The notes under the pieces were generated by a model, which worked only from the letters and a program-made list of their open reading frames with translations, ran no database searches and was not told where the DNA came from. Both the position numbers and the translations under genes were made by a program. Shown here one piece after another: positions 62,833 through 64,000 of a DNA stretch of 64,000 nucleotides. Positions within the stretch are counted from its first letter, which is position 1. Every line of letters begins with the position of its first letter. Source of the stretch: Eledone cirrhosa (lineage: Eukaryota); assembly GCA_964016885.1 (NCBI GenBank), contig OZ024743.1, forward strand, positions 294,004,001-294,068,000, written 5' to 3'.

Positions 62833-63840
62833 TTTCTCTCTCTCTTTTTTCTGGGTTAGAAAATGATTAAAACGAAATGTTTTACTTAGTGTGAAGTGTT
62901 AAGGTATTATTTGATTTATTTATTATTTAACAATGGCATTTATTTATCTATTTATATATTTAATAATTGTCTATTACCGGTTTCAGCATTTTTATGCATT
63001 ATCAAATGATAGTGAAATGTATTAGTGTGGTGTCGCACATGTTAAAGAGAAGGTGCAGAAAGAATAATGTTATTTACAAACAAGGTTTATGAAGTAAAAA
63101 GAAAAAAGAAAAAAGAAAAAAGAAAAAAGAAAAAAGAAAAAAGAAAAAAGAAAAAAGAAAAAAGAAAAAAGAAAAAGAAAAAGAAAAAAGAAAAAAGAAA
63201 AAAGAAAAAAGAAAAAAGAAAAAAGAAAAAAAGAAAAAAAGAAAAAGAACGGGCGTAATGTAGAGCATAAAAAGTCAATGTGAAAGAAAAAATAATGTTA
63301 TTTAGAGTCATAGTTCTTGAAGTTAAGCAGATCAAAATGTCTTAATATAGCAAGAGTGCTTAGTTGATCCATGATTCCATGATGGATTCAAATGGTGGAC
63401 TGAGGTTTGATATGATTTCCCTTTTTAGAGAGTTAATATGAAGAGGGAAGCAATTCTTGCTGGATGATATTTAATTTATTTAAGAAAAAGGATTTAGATA
63501 AATTTATTTGAGAAAAAGGATTTTATGCTCTTCATTACGCCCGTTCTTTTTTTCTTCTTTTTTCTTTTTTTCTTTTCACTTCATAAACCTTGTTTGTAAA
63601 TAGCATTATTCTTTCTGCACCTTCTCTTTAACATGTGTGACACCACACTAATACATTTCACTATCATTTGATAACGTATAAAAATGCTGAAACCGGTAAT
63701 AGACAATTTTTAAATATATAAATAGATAAATAAATGCCATTGTTAAATAATAAATAAATCAACTAATACCTTAACCCTTCACACAAATTAAAACATATCG
63801 TTTTAATCATTTTCTAATCCAGAAAAGAGAGAGAGAGAAA
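62833..63840. mobile_element. ~1-kb element with long inverted arms (probable Penelope-derived inverted pseudo-LTRs)
   Basis: 62833-63272 is the reverse complement of ~63521-63840; each arm contains TTGATAA..GAAACCGGTA; the left arm has an expanded (AAAAAGAAAAAAG)n at 63096-63248. Confidence 0.75.
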
Positions 63841-63894
63841 TAAAAAAGGAAAAAAATATATCTTTCTTTCTAATAATCGTCTCTTTCTCCCTGT

Positions 63895-63954
<60 letters not shown>

Positions 63955-64000
63955 TAAGAATAAAGGAACAAAGAGTCAGTGTTGCATCATAGCATATTTA

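Overview
Eukaryotic, microsatellite-rich DNA built almost entirely of transposable elements. The SINE remnants and microsatellite density suggest a cephalopod such as octopus (inference). No host gene is recognisable. Positions 1-55578 are a young tandem array of a ~19.5-20.4 kb unit: one partial and two complete copies, with junctions at 16286/16287 and 36089/36090. Each unit carries a Penelope-like 3' fragment with hammerhead-ribozyme motifs, an intact two-ORF Tx1/L1-clade LINE embedded in (ATCT)n, a decayed Helitron RepHel, RTE-derived elements stacked in (TATG)n, and the first 307 bp of a hAT transposon. The hAT runs on uninterrupted only after the last unit (55272-57198, 14-bp TIRs), which fixes the amplification breakpoint. 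Downstream are a tiny Tc1/mariner-like MITE, palindromes, four R4/Dong-type RLE retroelement 3' ends from two families stacked in (TAA)n, and a ~1 kb inverted-repeat element with hammerhead-like motifs.
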